Below are positions 15,225 through 24,995 of a stretch of 36,352 nt of DNA, piece after piece. The position numbers and the translations under genes were made by a program. The stretch is from Myxococcota bacterium (GTDB taxonomy: Bacteria > Myxococcota_A > Polyangia > Polyangiales > Sandaracinaceae). Where the stretch lies: contig JAYZQJ010000010.1 in assembly GCA_036149055.1 (NCBI GenBank), positions 1 through 36,352 of the forward strand. Reading direction: 5' to 3'. The notes beneath the pieces were generated by a model that was given only the letters and a program-made list of their open reading frames with translations, searched no databases and was not told the origin of the DNA. Position 1 is the stretch's first letter. Every line of letters begins with the position of its first letter.

Positions 15225-16508
15225 ATGAGCGGCCCCGACGACTCCTCCTCCGCGCCACGCCGCACCTCCATCCCGCCGGGCATCCGCGAAGGGGTGGTGC
15301 TCGACGACGCCTACCGTCTCGAGAAGTCTCTCGGCGAGGGCGCGATGGGCATGGTCTACCTCGGGCGGGACACCCGGCTCGAGCGTGACGTCGCGATCAA
15401 GTTCATCCAGCCGGAGCTGGTCCGCAGCCGCGAGGCGCACGATCGCTTCCTCCGCGAGGCGCGGACCATGGCGCGGGTGCACCACGTCAACGTCGTCGAG
15501 ATCTACGCCTACGGGGAGTACCTGGGCGCGCCCTACTTCGTGATGGAGTACGTGCCCGGGACCACCGTCGACGACTGGCTCCAGCTCCACGCCCGGCCTT
15601 ACCTCTCGGTCGACGAGGTCATCGGCATCCTCGACCAGATCTGCCGCGGGGTCGCCGCCATCCACGAGGCGGGCGCGGTCCACCGCGACCTGAAGCCGAC
15701 CAACGTGCTCATCGGCCCGGCGTTCCGCGTCTGCGTGACCGACCTCGGCCTGGCCAAGGTCCTCGACAAGCCGCTCCGCCACGAGAACAAGGACACGGTC
15801 AGCGGGACGCCGGCCTACATGGCGCCGGAGATCGTGCTCGGGACGCACCTGCCGCCCGAGCTCGAGTCGCAGGTCGACGTCTACTCCCTCGGCGTGCTCG
15901 CGTTCGAGCTGTTCACCAACCGGCTCCCGTTCGAGTACACGAGCCCCACCGACATGATGCTCGCCCACGTGGACGAGCTGCCGCCGGTGCCGAGCGATCT
16001 GCGCGAGGACCTACCGCACGCTTTCGACGAGGTGATCCTCGGGGCGCTCGCCAAGGAGCCGCAGGATCGCACGCAGGGCGCGGCCGCGTTCCGCAAGGAG
16101 CTCCTCGCGGCGCGGGAGAGCGCGAGCGAGCAGACGCGGCGGCACCGCTTCCTCGTCGCCGACGACGACGCGGACTTCCGCGCGCTGGTGGAGGAGACGC
16201 TGCGCTACGCCTTCCCCAAGGCGGAGATCGTGCTCGCCGAGGACGGCGACGCGGCGTTGAAGGAGGCCGAGCACGCCCCCGCGTCGCTCGCGCTCGTCGA
16301 CCTCGACATGCCGGGCCTCAACGGCGTCGAGCTGACGGCCGCCTTCCGGGCCACGCCGCGCCTCGAGAAGATGCCCATCCTCGTGGTCACCGCGACCGGC
16401 GGGGCCCCGGACTGGCGCCTGCTCCAGAGCCTCGGCGCGGACGGCTTCGTCGTGAAGCCGATCGATCCCGTCAGCCTCATCGCGCTCGTCCGCCGCACGC
16501 TCGGCTGA
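15225..16508 (+). CDS. Hanks-type Ser/Thr protein kinase with C-terminal receiver domain
   Basis: LGEGAMGMVY, VAIK, HRDLKPTN, DLG, GTPAYMAPE, DVYSLG; REC motifs LVADDD, LVDLDMPGLNG, VVTA and VKP. No TM segment. Confidence 0.92.
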   Translation: MSGPDDSSSAPRRTSIPPGIREGVVLDDAYRLEKSLGEGAMGMVYLGRDTRLERDVAIKFIQPELVRSREAHDRFLREARTMARVHHVNVVEIYAYGEYLGAPYFVMEYVPGTTVDDWLQLHARPYLSVDEVIGILDQICRGVAAIHEAGAVHRDLKPTNVLIGPAFRVCVTDLGLAKVLDKPLRHENKDTVSGTPAYMAPEIVLGTHLPPELESQVDVYSLGVLAFELFTNRLPFEYTSPTDMMLAHVDELPPVPSDLREDLPHAFDEVILGALAKEPQDRTQGAAAFRKELLAARESASEQTRRHRFLVADDDADFRALVEETLRYAFPKAEIVLAEDGDAALKEAEHAPASLALVDLDMPGLNGVELTAAFRATPRLEKMPILVVTATGGAPDWRLLQSLGADGFVVKPIDPVSLIALVRRTLG

Positions 16509-16514
16509 TCCGCG

Positions 16515-16982
16515 CTAACGCAGCGCCTGGAGGTGGGTGATCGCCACCGCGAGCGCGTCGGTGGCGTCGACCGGGAGCCGCTCGTGGAAGCCGAGCATCG
16601 CGGCGACCACCCGGGCGACCTGCTCCTTCTCGGCGGCGCCCCGCCCCGCGACGGTGCGCTTCACGAGGGCCGGCGGGTACTCGGCGAGGCGGAGGCCTCG
16701 CTTGGCCGCGAGCAGCAGCACCGCGCCGCGCACGTGCCCGAGCTTGATCGCGGCGTTGGGGTACTTCGCGTAGAAGACGTCCTCGACCGCGAGCGCGGCC
16801 GGGCGGTGCTCCTCGATCAGCGCCTCGAGGCCGTCGTAGATGACCTCCAGGCGATCGGCGAGCGGCGACTTGGCCTTCGGCCGCACCACGCCCGCGGCGA
16901 CGCCGACGAGCTTGCCGCGACGCTTCTCCGCCACGCCCCACCCGGTGACGCGGGTGCCGGGATCGACGCCGAGGACGCGCAT
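16515..16982 (-). CDS. ruvC: Crossover junction endodeoxyribonuclease RuvC
   Basis: MRVLGVDPG..TGWGV, AVEDVF, KLGHVRG, VKRTVAGRGAAEKEQV, DATDALAVAITH; start overlaps the yebC stop. Confidence 0.95.
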   Translation of the reverse strand: MRVLGVDPGTRVTGWGVAEKRRGKLVGVAAGVVRPKAKSPLADRLEVIYDGLEALIEEHRPAALAVEDVFYAKYPNAAIKLGHVRGAVLLLAAKRGLRLAEYPPALVKRTVAGRGAAEKEQVARVVAAMLGFHERLPVDATDALAVAITHLQALR

Positions 16983-17734
16983 CAGTCTCCGTCGAGCTGC
17001 GCGAGCAGCGCCTCGTCCGGCTCGAAGTCGCTGAAGACGTTCTGCACGTCGTCGTGATCGTCGAGCGCGTCGAGCAGGCTCAGCATCTGCTCGCCGTCGG
17101 CCCCGCCGAAGACCTTGGGCGTCTTGGGGATCTGCTCGAGGCCGGCCTCCCGGATCGCGATCCCCGCCGCGTCGAGCGCGCTCGAGACGGTGTCGAGCTC
17201 CTCGCGCGGCGTCGTGATCACCCAGCGCTCGTCTTCGGCCACGAGGTCCTCGGCCCCCGCGCCGACCGCCACCTCGAAGAGCTGCGCCTCGGTCGCCGCG
17301 GCCCGGTCGAGCCGCAGCACGCCCTTCTGGTCGAAGGCCCAGCCGGCGGAGTTGGCGCTCGCGAGCTGTCCGCCGTGCAGATCGAAGATCTTCCGGATCT
17401 CGGCCGCCGAGCGGTTTCGGTTGTCGGTGACCACGTCGATCATCACCAGCGCGCCGTTCGGGCCCACGCCCTCGTAGAGCAGCTCCTCGTACTCGACGCC
17501 CTCGAGCTCGCCGGTGCCCTTCTTGATGGCCCGCTCGATGTTGTCGCTCGGCATGTTGTGCGACTTCGCCTCGTCGACCGCCCGGCGCAGGCGCGGGTTG
17601 CCGTCGGGATCGCCGCCGCCGAGCCGCGCCGCGACGGTGATCTCCTTGATCACGCGCGAGAAGATGCGGCCCCGCTTGGCGTCTTGACGACCCTTGCGGT
17701 GCTTGATCGTGGACCATTTGTTGTGGCCGCTCAT
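16982..17734 (-). CDS. yebC: YebC/PmpR family protein
   Basis: MSGHNKWSTIKHRKG, GGDPDGNPRLR, YEGVGP, TDNRNRS, DDHDDVQNVF; GGAGG RBS upstream. Confidence 0.97.
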   Translation of the reverse strand: MSGHNKWSTIKHRKGRQDAKRGRIFSRVIKEITVAARLGGGDPDGNPRLRRAVDEAKSHNMPSDNIERAIKKGTGELEGVEYEELLYEGVGPNGALVMIDVVTDNRNRSAAEIRKIFDLHGGQLASANSAGWAFDQKGVLRLDRAAATEAQLFEVAVGAGAEDLVAEDERWVITTPREELDTVSSALDAAGIAIREAGLEQIPKTPKVFGGADGEQMLSLLDALDDHDDVQNVFSDFEPDEALLAQLDGD

Positions 17735-17808
17735 GCCTCCCCGGAACGTAGAAACGTCGCATGGGAGACGTCAACCGACCGACGCGACGCGCGGCCCGGA
17801 TCTCGGCA

Positions 17809-17837
17809 TTGACGCTCCCGGCCCGCGGGGGGAACCT
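17809..17837 (+). promoter_or_regulatory. Sigma70-like promoter of the amidase-purT unit (likely leaderless)
   Basis: TTGACG (17809-17814), 17-bp spacer, GAACCT (17832-17837), then 6 nt to ATG 17844. Confidence 0.5.
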
Positions 17838-17843
17838 CCGCGC

Positions 17844-19511
17844 ATGTTCGAGCTGCCCCCCGCCCCGAGACTCAGCGGCGCCGTGCTCCGATCGGTCGTG
17901 AAGGCGGCCGGCGCGGAGCCCGTGCGGCGCGCGCTCGCCGCCCTGATGCGCAAGGATCTGGGCATCGAGGCGGCCTTCGCGCTGCCCGCGAGCGCGCGGG
18001 AGGCGCAGCCCCTGCACGCCCGGCCCCTGCGCGCGCGCGACCGCTACGAGCGGCGTGACCTCGGCCTCCCGATCCCCGGCGGATCGGACGCGCTGCCGAG
18101 CGCCGAGGCCTGGCAGGCGCGCTACGCCGAGAAGGAGACGCGGCCCGACGAGGTCATCGAGCGGCTCTTCGCCGAGGCGCGGCGGCTCGAGAGCGCGACG
18201 CCGACGATGCGCTGCTTCACCGCGGTCGACGAGGAGGGCGCGCTGCGCGAGGCGGCCGAGAGCGCGGAGCGGTGGGCCCGCGGCGAGCCCCTCTCGCCTC
18301 TCGACGGCGTGCCGGTGCCGATCAAGGAGGAGGTCGACATCGACGGCCACGGCTACCGGCTCGGCACCGCCTTCGTCCCCCCGCGCGAGGCGAGCGACGG
18401 CACCTCGGTGGCCCGCCTCCGGAAGGCCGGCGCGATCATCGTCGGGCACACCGCGATGACCGAGATGGGCATGTCTCCCCTCGGCGGCAGCACCCAGCGG
18501 GAGATGCCGCGCAACGTGCACGCGCGGGACCGCCTCCCCGGCGGCAGCTCCACCGGGAGCGCGGTCGCGGTCGGCTCCGGTCTCGCCCCGGTCGCGCTCG
18601 GCAGCGACGGCGGCGGCTCCATCCGCATCCCCGCCTGCTTCAACGGCCTCTTCGGCATCAAGCCCACCTTCGGGCGCGTCTCTCGCGCCGGCGACGGCTT
18701 CGGGGGCACCGTCGATCACCTCGGCCCGATCGGCGCCTCCACCCGGGACCTCGCGATCTTCCTCGAGGCGGCGGCGGGGCCCGACCCGGCGGACGAGCTC
18801 ACCCACGGCACGCCCGAGCTCGAGCGCGGCGAGCTGCTCCGAGCGCTCGGTCGAGGCGTCGAGGGGCTGCGGATCGGCGTGCTCCAGGACGAGATCGACG
18901 ACGCCGACGAGGAGGTCGCCCGCGCCTGTCGCGAGGCCCTCGCCGCGCTCGAGGCGGAGGGCGCCGTGCTCGTCGACGTGACCCTCCCGCTCGCGAAGCA
19001 CGCGCCGGGCATCGGCTACCCGACGATCGGCATGGAGGCCTACACCTCGCTCCTCGACGCGCGGCGCGAGCACTGGCACGCGCTCGGACCCGACCTCCAG
19101 CTCTTCTGCCGCCTCCTCTCCGCCTTCGACGCCGGCGATTACCTCGACGCGCAGTGCCTCCGCGCCGCGCTCCGGGTGCAGGCCGCCGAGCTGCTGCGCG
19201 AGGTCGACGTGCTGGCGCTGCCGACCACCCGATCGATCGCGCCGACCGTCACCGACCTCGACCTGAAGCAGGGCTTCGCCGACACGCCGGCGCTCCAGGG
19301 CGCGTGCCGCTTCGCGTTCTTCGGCAACCTCACCGGGCTCCCCGGCGGCACCGCCCCGGTGGGATCCGGCGCGCACGGGATGCCGGTCGGCCTCCAGATC
19401 ATGGGCGACGCCTTCGATGAGCACACCGTGTTGTCGGTGCTCGCCCACCTCGAGCGCCTCGGCGTCGCCTCGGTGCGCGCGCCGCGGCTCCCCGCCCACC
19501 CTCTCGGATAG
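17844..19511 (+). CDS. Amidase signature family enzyme (fatty-acid-amide-hydrolase-like)
   Basis: LDGVPVPIKE (catalytic Lys), PGGSSTGS, LGSDGGGSIRIPA, GIKPTFGRVS, GMPVGLQ. Confidence 0.92.
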   Translation: MFELPPAPRLSGAVLRSVVKAAGAEPVRRALAALMRKDLGIEAAFALPASAREAQPLHARPLRARDRYERRDLGLPIPGGSDALPSAEAWQARYAEKETRPDEVIERLFAEARRLESATPTMRCFTAVDEEGALREAAESAERWARGEPLSPLDGVPVPIKEEVDIDGHGYRLGTAFVPPREASDGTSVARLRKAGAIIVGHTAMTEMGMSPLGGSTQREMPRNVHARDRLPGGSSTGSAVAVGSGLAPVALGSDGGGSIRIPACFNGLFGIKPTFGRVSRAGDGFGGTVDHLGPIGASTRDLAIFLEAAAGPDPADELTHGTPELERGELLRALGRGVEGLRIGVLQDEIDDADEEVARACREALAALEAEGAVLVDVTLPLAKHAPGIGYPTIGMEAYTSLLDARREHWHALGPDLQLFCRLLSAFDAGDYLDAQCLRAALRVQAAELLREVDVLALPTTRSIAPTVTDLDLKQGFADTPALQGACRFAFFGNLTGLPGGTAPVGSGAHGMPVGLQIMGDAFDEHTVLSVLAHLERLGVASVRAPRLPAHPLG

Positions 19512-19520
19512 GACCTCGCC

Positions 19521-20705
19521 ATGCCCACGATCGGAACCGCCACGACCGCCTCCCGCACCAAGGTCCTCATGCTCGGGTCGGGCGAGCTGGGCAAAGAGGT
19601 GACGCTCGAGCTCCAGCGCTACGGCGTCGAGGTCGTGGCCGTCGATCGCTACGCCGACGCGCCGGCGATGCAGGTCGCGCACGCCTCCCACGTGGTCGCG
19701 ATGACCGACGGCGCGGCGCTGCGGAAGATCATCGAGGCGGAGAAGCCGGACTTCGTGGTCCCGGAGATCGAGGCGATCGCCACCGAGACCCTGGTCGAGC
19801 TCGAGAAGGAGGGGGTCCACGTGATCCCCACCGCGCGCGCGGCGCGGCTCACGATGGACCGCGAGGGGATCCGCAAGCTCGCCGCCGAGGACCTCGGCCT
19901 GAAGACGTCGCCCTATCGCTTCGCCGGCACCGAGGAGGAGTACCGCGCCGCGGTGGCCGAGATCGGCCTCCCCTGCGTCGTGAAGCCGATCATGAGCTCG
20001 AGCGGCAAGGGTCAGAGCACCCTCCGCACCCAGGCGGACGTGGAGGCGGGCTTCCGCTTCGCCAACGAGCAGGCGCGCGGCGGCGCCGGCCGGGTGATCG
20101 TCGAGGGCTTCGTCGACTTCGACTACGAGATCACGCTGCTCACCGTGCGCCACGTCGGCGGCACCGCCTTCTGCGAGCCGGTCGGGCACCGACAGGTCTC
20201 GGGCGACTACGTCGAGAGCTGGCAGCCGCAGCCGATGAGCGACGCCGCGCGCGCGGAGGCGGAGCGCATGGCGAAGGCGGTGACCGACGCGCTCGGCGGG
20301 CGCGGCCTCTTCGGCGTGGAGCTCTTCGTGAAGGGCGACACCGTGTGGTTCAGCGAGGTCTCCCCGCGCCCCCACGACACCGGCATGGTCACCATGATCT
20401 CGCAGGACCTCAGCGAGTTCGCGCTCCACGCGCGGGCGATCCTCGGCCTGCCGATCCCGGAGCCGCTCACCCAGCACGGGCCGAGCGCGAGCGCGGTGAT
20501 CCTCGTCGAGGGCGAGAGCGAGGCGCCCTCGTTCGAGGTGAGCGACGCGGCCCTGTCGGAGCCCGACACCCAGCTCCGCCTCTTCGGCAAGCCGGAGGTG
20601 AGAGGCCACCGCCGGATGGGCGTGGGCCTCGCGCGCGCGGCGACGATCGAGGAGGCGCGCGCGAAGGCGAAGCGCGTGGCCGGCGCGGTCACCCCGCGGC
20701 TCTGA
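19521..20705 (+). CDS. purT: Formate-dependent phosphoribosylglycinamide formyltransferase
   Basis: [61 protein letters not shown]. Confidence 0.97.
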   Translation: MPTIGTATTASRTKVLMLGSGELGKEVTLELQRYGVEVVAVDRYADAPAMQVAHASHVVAMTDGAALRKIIEAEKPDFVVPEIEAIATETLVELEKEGVHVIPTARAARLTMDREGIRKLAAEDLGLKTSPYRFAGTEEEYRAAVAEIGLPCVVKPIMSSSGKGQSTLRTQADVEAGFRFANEQARGGAGRVIVEGFVDFDYEITLLTVRHVGGTAFCEPVGHRQVSGDYVESWQPQPMSDAARAEAERMAKAVTDALGGRGLFGVELFVKGDTVWFSEVSPRPHDTGMVTMISQDLSEFALHARAILGLPIPEPLTQHGPSASAVILVEGESEAPSFEVSDAALSEPDTQLRLFGKPEVRGHRRMGVGLARAATIEEARAKAKRVAGAVTPRL

Positions 20706-20745
20706 GCGTGGTCCCCACACCGGGAGGGCGCTAGGGTGCCGTCGC

Positions 20746-21930
20746 GTGCAAGACGACGAGCGACCGCGCGAGGGGAAGACGCGCCTGATCACGATCGGGT
20801 TGGCGGTCGTGCCGCTCGCGATCGCCGCCCTCGCCGCCGGTCGCTGGCTCCTCGGGGGACCCGACGGCGCGACGCCGGGAGGACGTGACGACGGGCCGAT
20901 CCCGGTCGAGGTGGCCCCGGTCGAGGTGGGGCCCCTCGAGCTCACCCGCGAGCTGACGGGTACGCTCGAGGCCTTCGCTCGGGCCACCGTCGCGGCCGAG
21001 ATCGACGGGACCGTCGACGCGGTGCTCGTGGACCTCGCGGACGAGGTCGCCTCGGGCGCCGTGATCGCGCGGCTGGATCCGCGCGAGCTGATCCAACTCG
21101 AGGCGGCGGCCCGGGCGGATCTGGCGGTCGCGCGCGCGCGCGTCGAGGCGGCGGAGGGCGCGGCCGAGGTGGCCGACCGGGCGCTCGCGCGGACGCGCGG
21201 GCTGGCCGAGCGCGGCGTCAGCTCGGAGCGGGCGCTCGACGAGGCACGCGCCGAAGCCCTCGCGCGCAGGGGCGCGCTGACCGTGGCCAACGCCGAAGTG
21301 AGTCGGGCACGCGCCGCGCTCGGCGCCGCCAGTCTCCAGCGCGCGCGAGCCGACGTGCGCGGCCGCTGGCCGGAGACGCAGGGCCCGCGACGAGTCGCGG
21401 CGCGCCACGTCGACGAGGGCGCTCGGGTCTCGGTCGGCGACCCCATCGTGGACCTCGTCGACCTCGACCCTCTCCTCACCGTGCTGCAGGTGGGCGCCGA
21501 CGACTACCAGCGGCTCTCGGTGGGGCAGGCGGTGCGGGTCTCGGGACCCGGCGGCGTCGAGGCGGCGGCGCGCGTCGCCCGCGTGGCGCCGGTGTTCGAC
21601 CCGGCGTCGAGACAGGCGCGCCTGGAGGTCGAGGTCGACAACCCCGACGGCACGCTGCAGCCGGGCATGTTCGTCCGCGCGCGCGCCACCCTCGACCGGG
21701 TCGAGAGCGCGACCCTCGTTCCCGAGACCGCGCTCGTGATGCGCGAGGGCCGCTCGGTGGTCTTCTTGCTCGAGGACGGGCGCGTCCGCGAGGTCGAGGT
21801 GGAGGTCGGCCTGCGCGGGGGCGGGCGGGTCGAGATCCGATCGCCGGCCCTCGAGGGGAGCGTCGTCACGCTCGGTCACCAGCGACTCCAGGACGGCGCC
21901 GCGGTCCGCGTGGTCGAGGGGGAGTCGTGA
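20746..21930 (+). CDS. RND efflux periplasmic adaptor (membrane fusion protein)
   Basis: N-terminal TM, GTLEA..VAAEIDG lipoyl-like half, helical hairpin, LQPGMF, VPETAL. Confidence 0.92.
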   Translation: MQDDERPREGKTRLITIGLAVVPLAIAALAAGRWLLGGPDGATPGGRDDGPIPVEVAPVEVGPLELTRELTGTLEAFARATVAAEIDGTVDAVLVDLADEVASGAVIARLDPRELIQLEAAARADLAVARARVEAAEGAAEVADRALARTRGLAERGVSSERALDEARAEALARRGALTVANAEVSRARAALGAASLQRARADVRGRWPETQGPRRVAARHVDEGARVSVGDPIVDLVDLDPLLTVLQVGADDYQRLSVGQAVRVSGPGGVEAAARVARVAPVFDPASRQARLEVEVDNPDGTLQPGMFVRARATLDRVESATLVPETALVMREGRSVVFLLEDGRVREVEVEVGLRGGGRVEIRSPALEGSVVTLGHQRLQDGAAVRVVEGES

Positions 21931-24900
21931 GGCTGGCGCGCGGCAGCGTCGCGCGGCCAGTGCTGACGAGCATGATCACCCTGATCGTGGTGGTCGTCGG
22001 CGCGGTCGCGCTCTTCTCCCTCGACACCGATCTGTTGCCTCCGATCGAGCTCCCGAGTCTCTCGGTGCAGACCCGCTACGAGGGCGCGAACCCCGAGGTC
22101 GTGGAGCGCCTCGTCACCGAGATCGTCGAGGAGATCGTGGGCACCGTGCCCGGGGTGGAGGAGCTGAGCAGCCAGTCCTCCGAAGGCGAGAGCTCGGTCT
22201 CGCTGCGCTTCGCCTGGGGCACCGACATCGACACCGCGGCGATCGACGTGCGATCGAAGCTGGAGGACGAGCTGTCGGAGCTCCCGGAGGGCGTGCTCCC
22301 GCCGCAGATCCGCAAGTTCGACATCGCGAGCTTCCCGGTCGTGATCCTCGGCGTCTCCAGCGCGCTCGACCCGGTCGAGCTCACCACCCTGGTGGATGAG
22401 CAGATCCGGCCGCGGATCGCGCGGGTGCCAGGGGTGGCGCAGGTCGACCCGTGGGGAGAGTACGAGCGCGAGATCCGGGTCGAGGTGGACCCGGAGCGGC
22501 TGCGCGCGTTCGGGGTCGGGCTGGACGAGGTCAGCGCCGCGATCCAGGGCGCCACCCTGGATCTTCCCACCGGGAGCATCGAGGAGGGGGATCGGGAGAT
22601 CGCGCTCCGCGCGCCCTCCGAGCTGACCTCGCTGGAGGAGCTGGAGCGCACGGTGGTCGCGACCCGGAGCGGCGCACCGGTGCGCATCTCCGACCTCGCC
22701 GTCGTCGTGGACACCCACCGCCGCTTCGATCGGCTCGCCCGCATCAACGGTCGGCTCGGGCTGCGGTTGGGGGTGCGGAAGCAAGCCGACGCGAACACCG
22801 TCGACGTCTCCCGCGGCATCCTGGAGGCGGCGGAGCGCATCAACCGCGAGATCCCACAGGTCGAGGTGATCGCGGTCTCCGATCAGGGCGACTTCATCGA
22901 GCGCTCGATCGCGAACGTGGCCCGCTCGGTCCTCTACGGCGGCGCTCTCGCGGTCCTCGTCCTGCTCTTCTTCCTGCGCGACCTCCGCAGCACCCTGATC
23001 ATCGCGCTGGCGATCCCCGTCTCCCTCGTCGCGACCTTCGCGCTGATCTATCTCGCGGACTACACGCTGAACCTGATGACGCTCGGTGGCCTCGCGCTGG
23101 GCATCGGCATGATGGTCGACAACTCGATCGTCGTCCTCGACAACATCTTCCGAAACCACCGCGAGCACCCCGAGCGAGACCGGGTGGCGGCCGCGATCAC
23201 CGGCACGGGCGAGGTCGCGGCGGCCATCGTCGCGAGCACCCTGACCACGCTCGTGATCTTCCTGCCGCTCGGTTTCCTCCGCGGCGTGGCGGGTCAGCTC
23301 TTCCGCGAGCTCGCGGTGGTCGTCTCGTTCTCGCTGGCCTGCTCGCTGCTCGTCGCGCTCACGTTGGTGCCGATGCTGGCGTCGAGGTGGCTCCGCGAGG
23401 ACGCGCCGGCGCCGACCCGAGGGCTCTCGGCGCGCCTCGGCGCGGCGCTCGAGGCGGTGACCGCGCTCTACCGGCGCGCGCTCGCCTTCGCGCTCGACAA
23501 CCCGTGGAGGGTCGGCGCGCTCTCCGCCCTGAGCCTCGCCGCCAGCGTCGCGGTGGTGCCGACCCTCGACACCGAGCTGCTCCCGCCGAGTGACGAAGGC
23601 GAGGTGCAGGTCAGCGGAGAGATGCCGATCGGGACCCGGCTCGATCTGGTCGATCGCCAGACGCGTCGGCTCGAGGCGCTGACGCTGCCCGAGGTCCCCG
23701 AGACCACCGCCACGCTGGTGTCGGTCGGCACGACCGGCCGCCGCCCGGGCGACGCCGCGACCGGGACCCTCCGTCTCACCCTGACCCCGAGCGCGGAGCG
23801 CGGCCGCTCCAACGAGGAGATCGCGCGGGCGCTGCGACGAACCCTCGAGGGGCAGGTCCCGGGCATGGATGTCCGGGTGCGCGCCCCGCAGGGCCAGTTC
23901 CTCCTCCAGCGCATCCTCGGAGAGGAGGGCGGCGGGCTCGGCATCGAGGTGCTGGGGCCGGAGCTGGCGCAGCTCGACGCCCTCGCCGACCGCGCGGTCG
24001 AGGTGGCGGAGGGGATCCAGGGGGTCACCGACGTTCAGCGCTCGCGCGAGGCGGCCGCCCCGCAGGTCGATCTGCGCACCGACCGTGAGGCGGCCGCCGA
24101 CCGCGGAGTCGATCCGGCCGCGGTCGCGCGCGCGCTCCGCACCGCGGTGGCGGGAGAGGTCGCGGGCGACTACCGCGTGGGCTCGACCAGCCACCGCATC
24201 CTCGTCCAGCTCGCGGACGCGCCACATCGACCGCTCGCCGAGATCCTCGACCTCACGATCCGGAACGACGCTGGCCAGCTCGTCCGTCTCGCGGAGGTCA
24301 CCTCCTCCGACGAGGTCCGGGCTCCGCTCGTCATCGATCGCAAGGACCAGCGGCGGATCGTGACGGTGACGCCCAACGTCGCCGACCGTCCGACCGGTAC
24401 CGTCGCCCAGGAGCTGCAGGCGGCGCTGGACGAGATCCCGCGACCCGCCGGGTACGAGCTGCGCGTCGCGGGGACCTACGAGGAGCAGGAGCAGTCGACC
24501 CGCGAGCTCGTCTTCGCGTTCGGCCTGGCGATCGTGCTCGTCTTCATGGTGCTCGCCGGTCAATACGAGTCGCTTCGTGATCCGTGGATCGTGATGCTCT
24601 CCGTGCCGATGGCGGCGACCGGTGTCGTGGTCGCTCTCGCGGCGACCGGGACCACGCTCAACGTGCAGTCCTACATCGGCTGCATCATGCTCGGCGGCAT
24701 CGTCGTCAACAACGCGGTTCTCCTCGTCGACCAGGCGTCTCAGCTCCGGGCCGGCGGAGCGGACGTGCGAGAGGCGCTGTTCGAGGCGGGGCGGCGCAGG
24801 CTCCGGCCGATCCTGATGACCACCTCGACCACGGCCCTCGCGCTGGTGCCGCTCGCGCTCGGCATCGGGGAGGGCGCGGACGCGCAGGCGCCGCTGGCCC

Positions 24901-24995
24901 GCGCGGTGCTCGGTGGGCTGACCGCCTCGACCGTCTTCACGCTGGTGCTCGTCCCCGCCGCGTACCTGCTCCTGCATCGAGGGCGGAGCGCGTGA
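21927..24995 (+). CDS. RND efflux permease (AcrB/HAE1-like)
   Basis: 1022 aa; [69 protein letters not shown]. Confidence 0.95.
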   Translation: MRLARGSVARPVLTSMITLIVVVVGAVALFSLDTDLLPPIELPSLSVQTRYEGANPEVVERLVTEIVEEIVGTVPGVEELSSQSSEGESSVSLRFAWGTDIDTAAIDVRSKLEDELSELPEGVLPPQIRKFDIASFPVVILGVSSALDPVELTTLVDEQIRPRIARVPGVAQVDPWGEYEREIRVEVDPERLRAFGVGLDEVSAAIQGATLDLPTGSIEEGDREIALRAPSELTSLEELERTVVATRSGAPVRISDLAVVVDTHRRFDRLARINGRLGLRLGVRKQADANTVDVSRGILEAAERINREIPQVEVIAVSDQGDFIERSIANVARSVLYGGALAVLVLLFFLRDLRSTLIIALAIPVSLVATFALIYLADYTLNLMTLGGLALGIGMMVDNSIVVLDNIFRNHREHPERDRVAAAITGTGEVAAAIVASTLTTLVIFLPLGFLRGVAGQLFRELAVVVSFSLACSLLVALTLVPMLASRWLREDAPAPTRGLSARLGAALEAVTALYRRALAFALDNPWRVGALSALSLAASVAVVPTLDTELLPPSDEGEVQVSGEMPIGTRLDLVDRQTRRLEALTLPEVPETTATLVSVGTTGRRPGDAATGTLRLTLTPSAERGRSNEEIARALRRTLEGQVPGMDVRVRAPQGQFLLQRILGEEGGGLGIEVLGPELAQLDALADRAVEVAEGIQGVTDVQRSREAAAPQVDLRTDREAAADRGVDPAAVARALRTAVAGEVAGDYRVGSTSHRILVQLADAPHRPLAEILDLTIRNDAGQLVRLAEVTSSDEVRAPLVIDRKDQRRIVTVTPNVADRPTGTVAQELQAALDEIPRPAGYELRVAGTYEEQEQSTRELVFAFGLAIVLVFMVLAGQYESLRDPWIVMLSVPMAATGVVVALAATGTTLNVQSYIGCIMLGGIVVNNAVLLVDQASQLRAGGADVREALFEAGRRRLRPILMTTSTTALALVPLALGIGEGADAQAPLARAVLGGLTASTVFTLVLVPAAYLLLHRGRSA

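Noticed and set aside
16983..21479. 1654-aa minus-strand ORF (16515-21479) as a giant RuvC fusion
   Set aside because: Only the last 155 aa are RuvC, with their own ATG at 16982. The rest is antisense or off-frame shadow of yebC, amidase, purT and the MFP.
21876..24977. 1033-aa minus-strand ORF, and similar long shadows (4256-6964, 9623-12619, 31112-33238, 3265-5433)
   Set aside because: They are antisense or alternate-frame to well-supported genes, Arg/Gly/Ala-rich and without motifs, as expected at this GC content.
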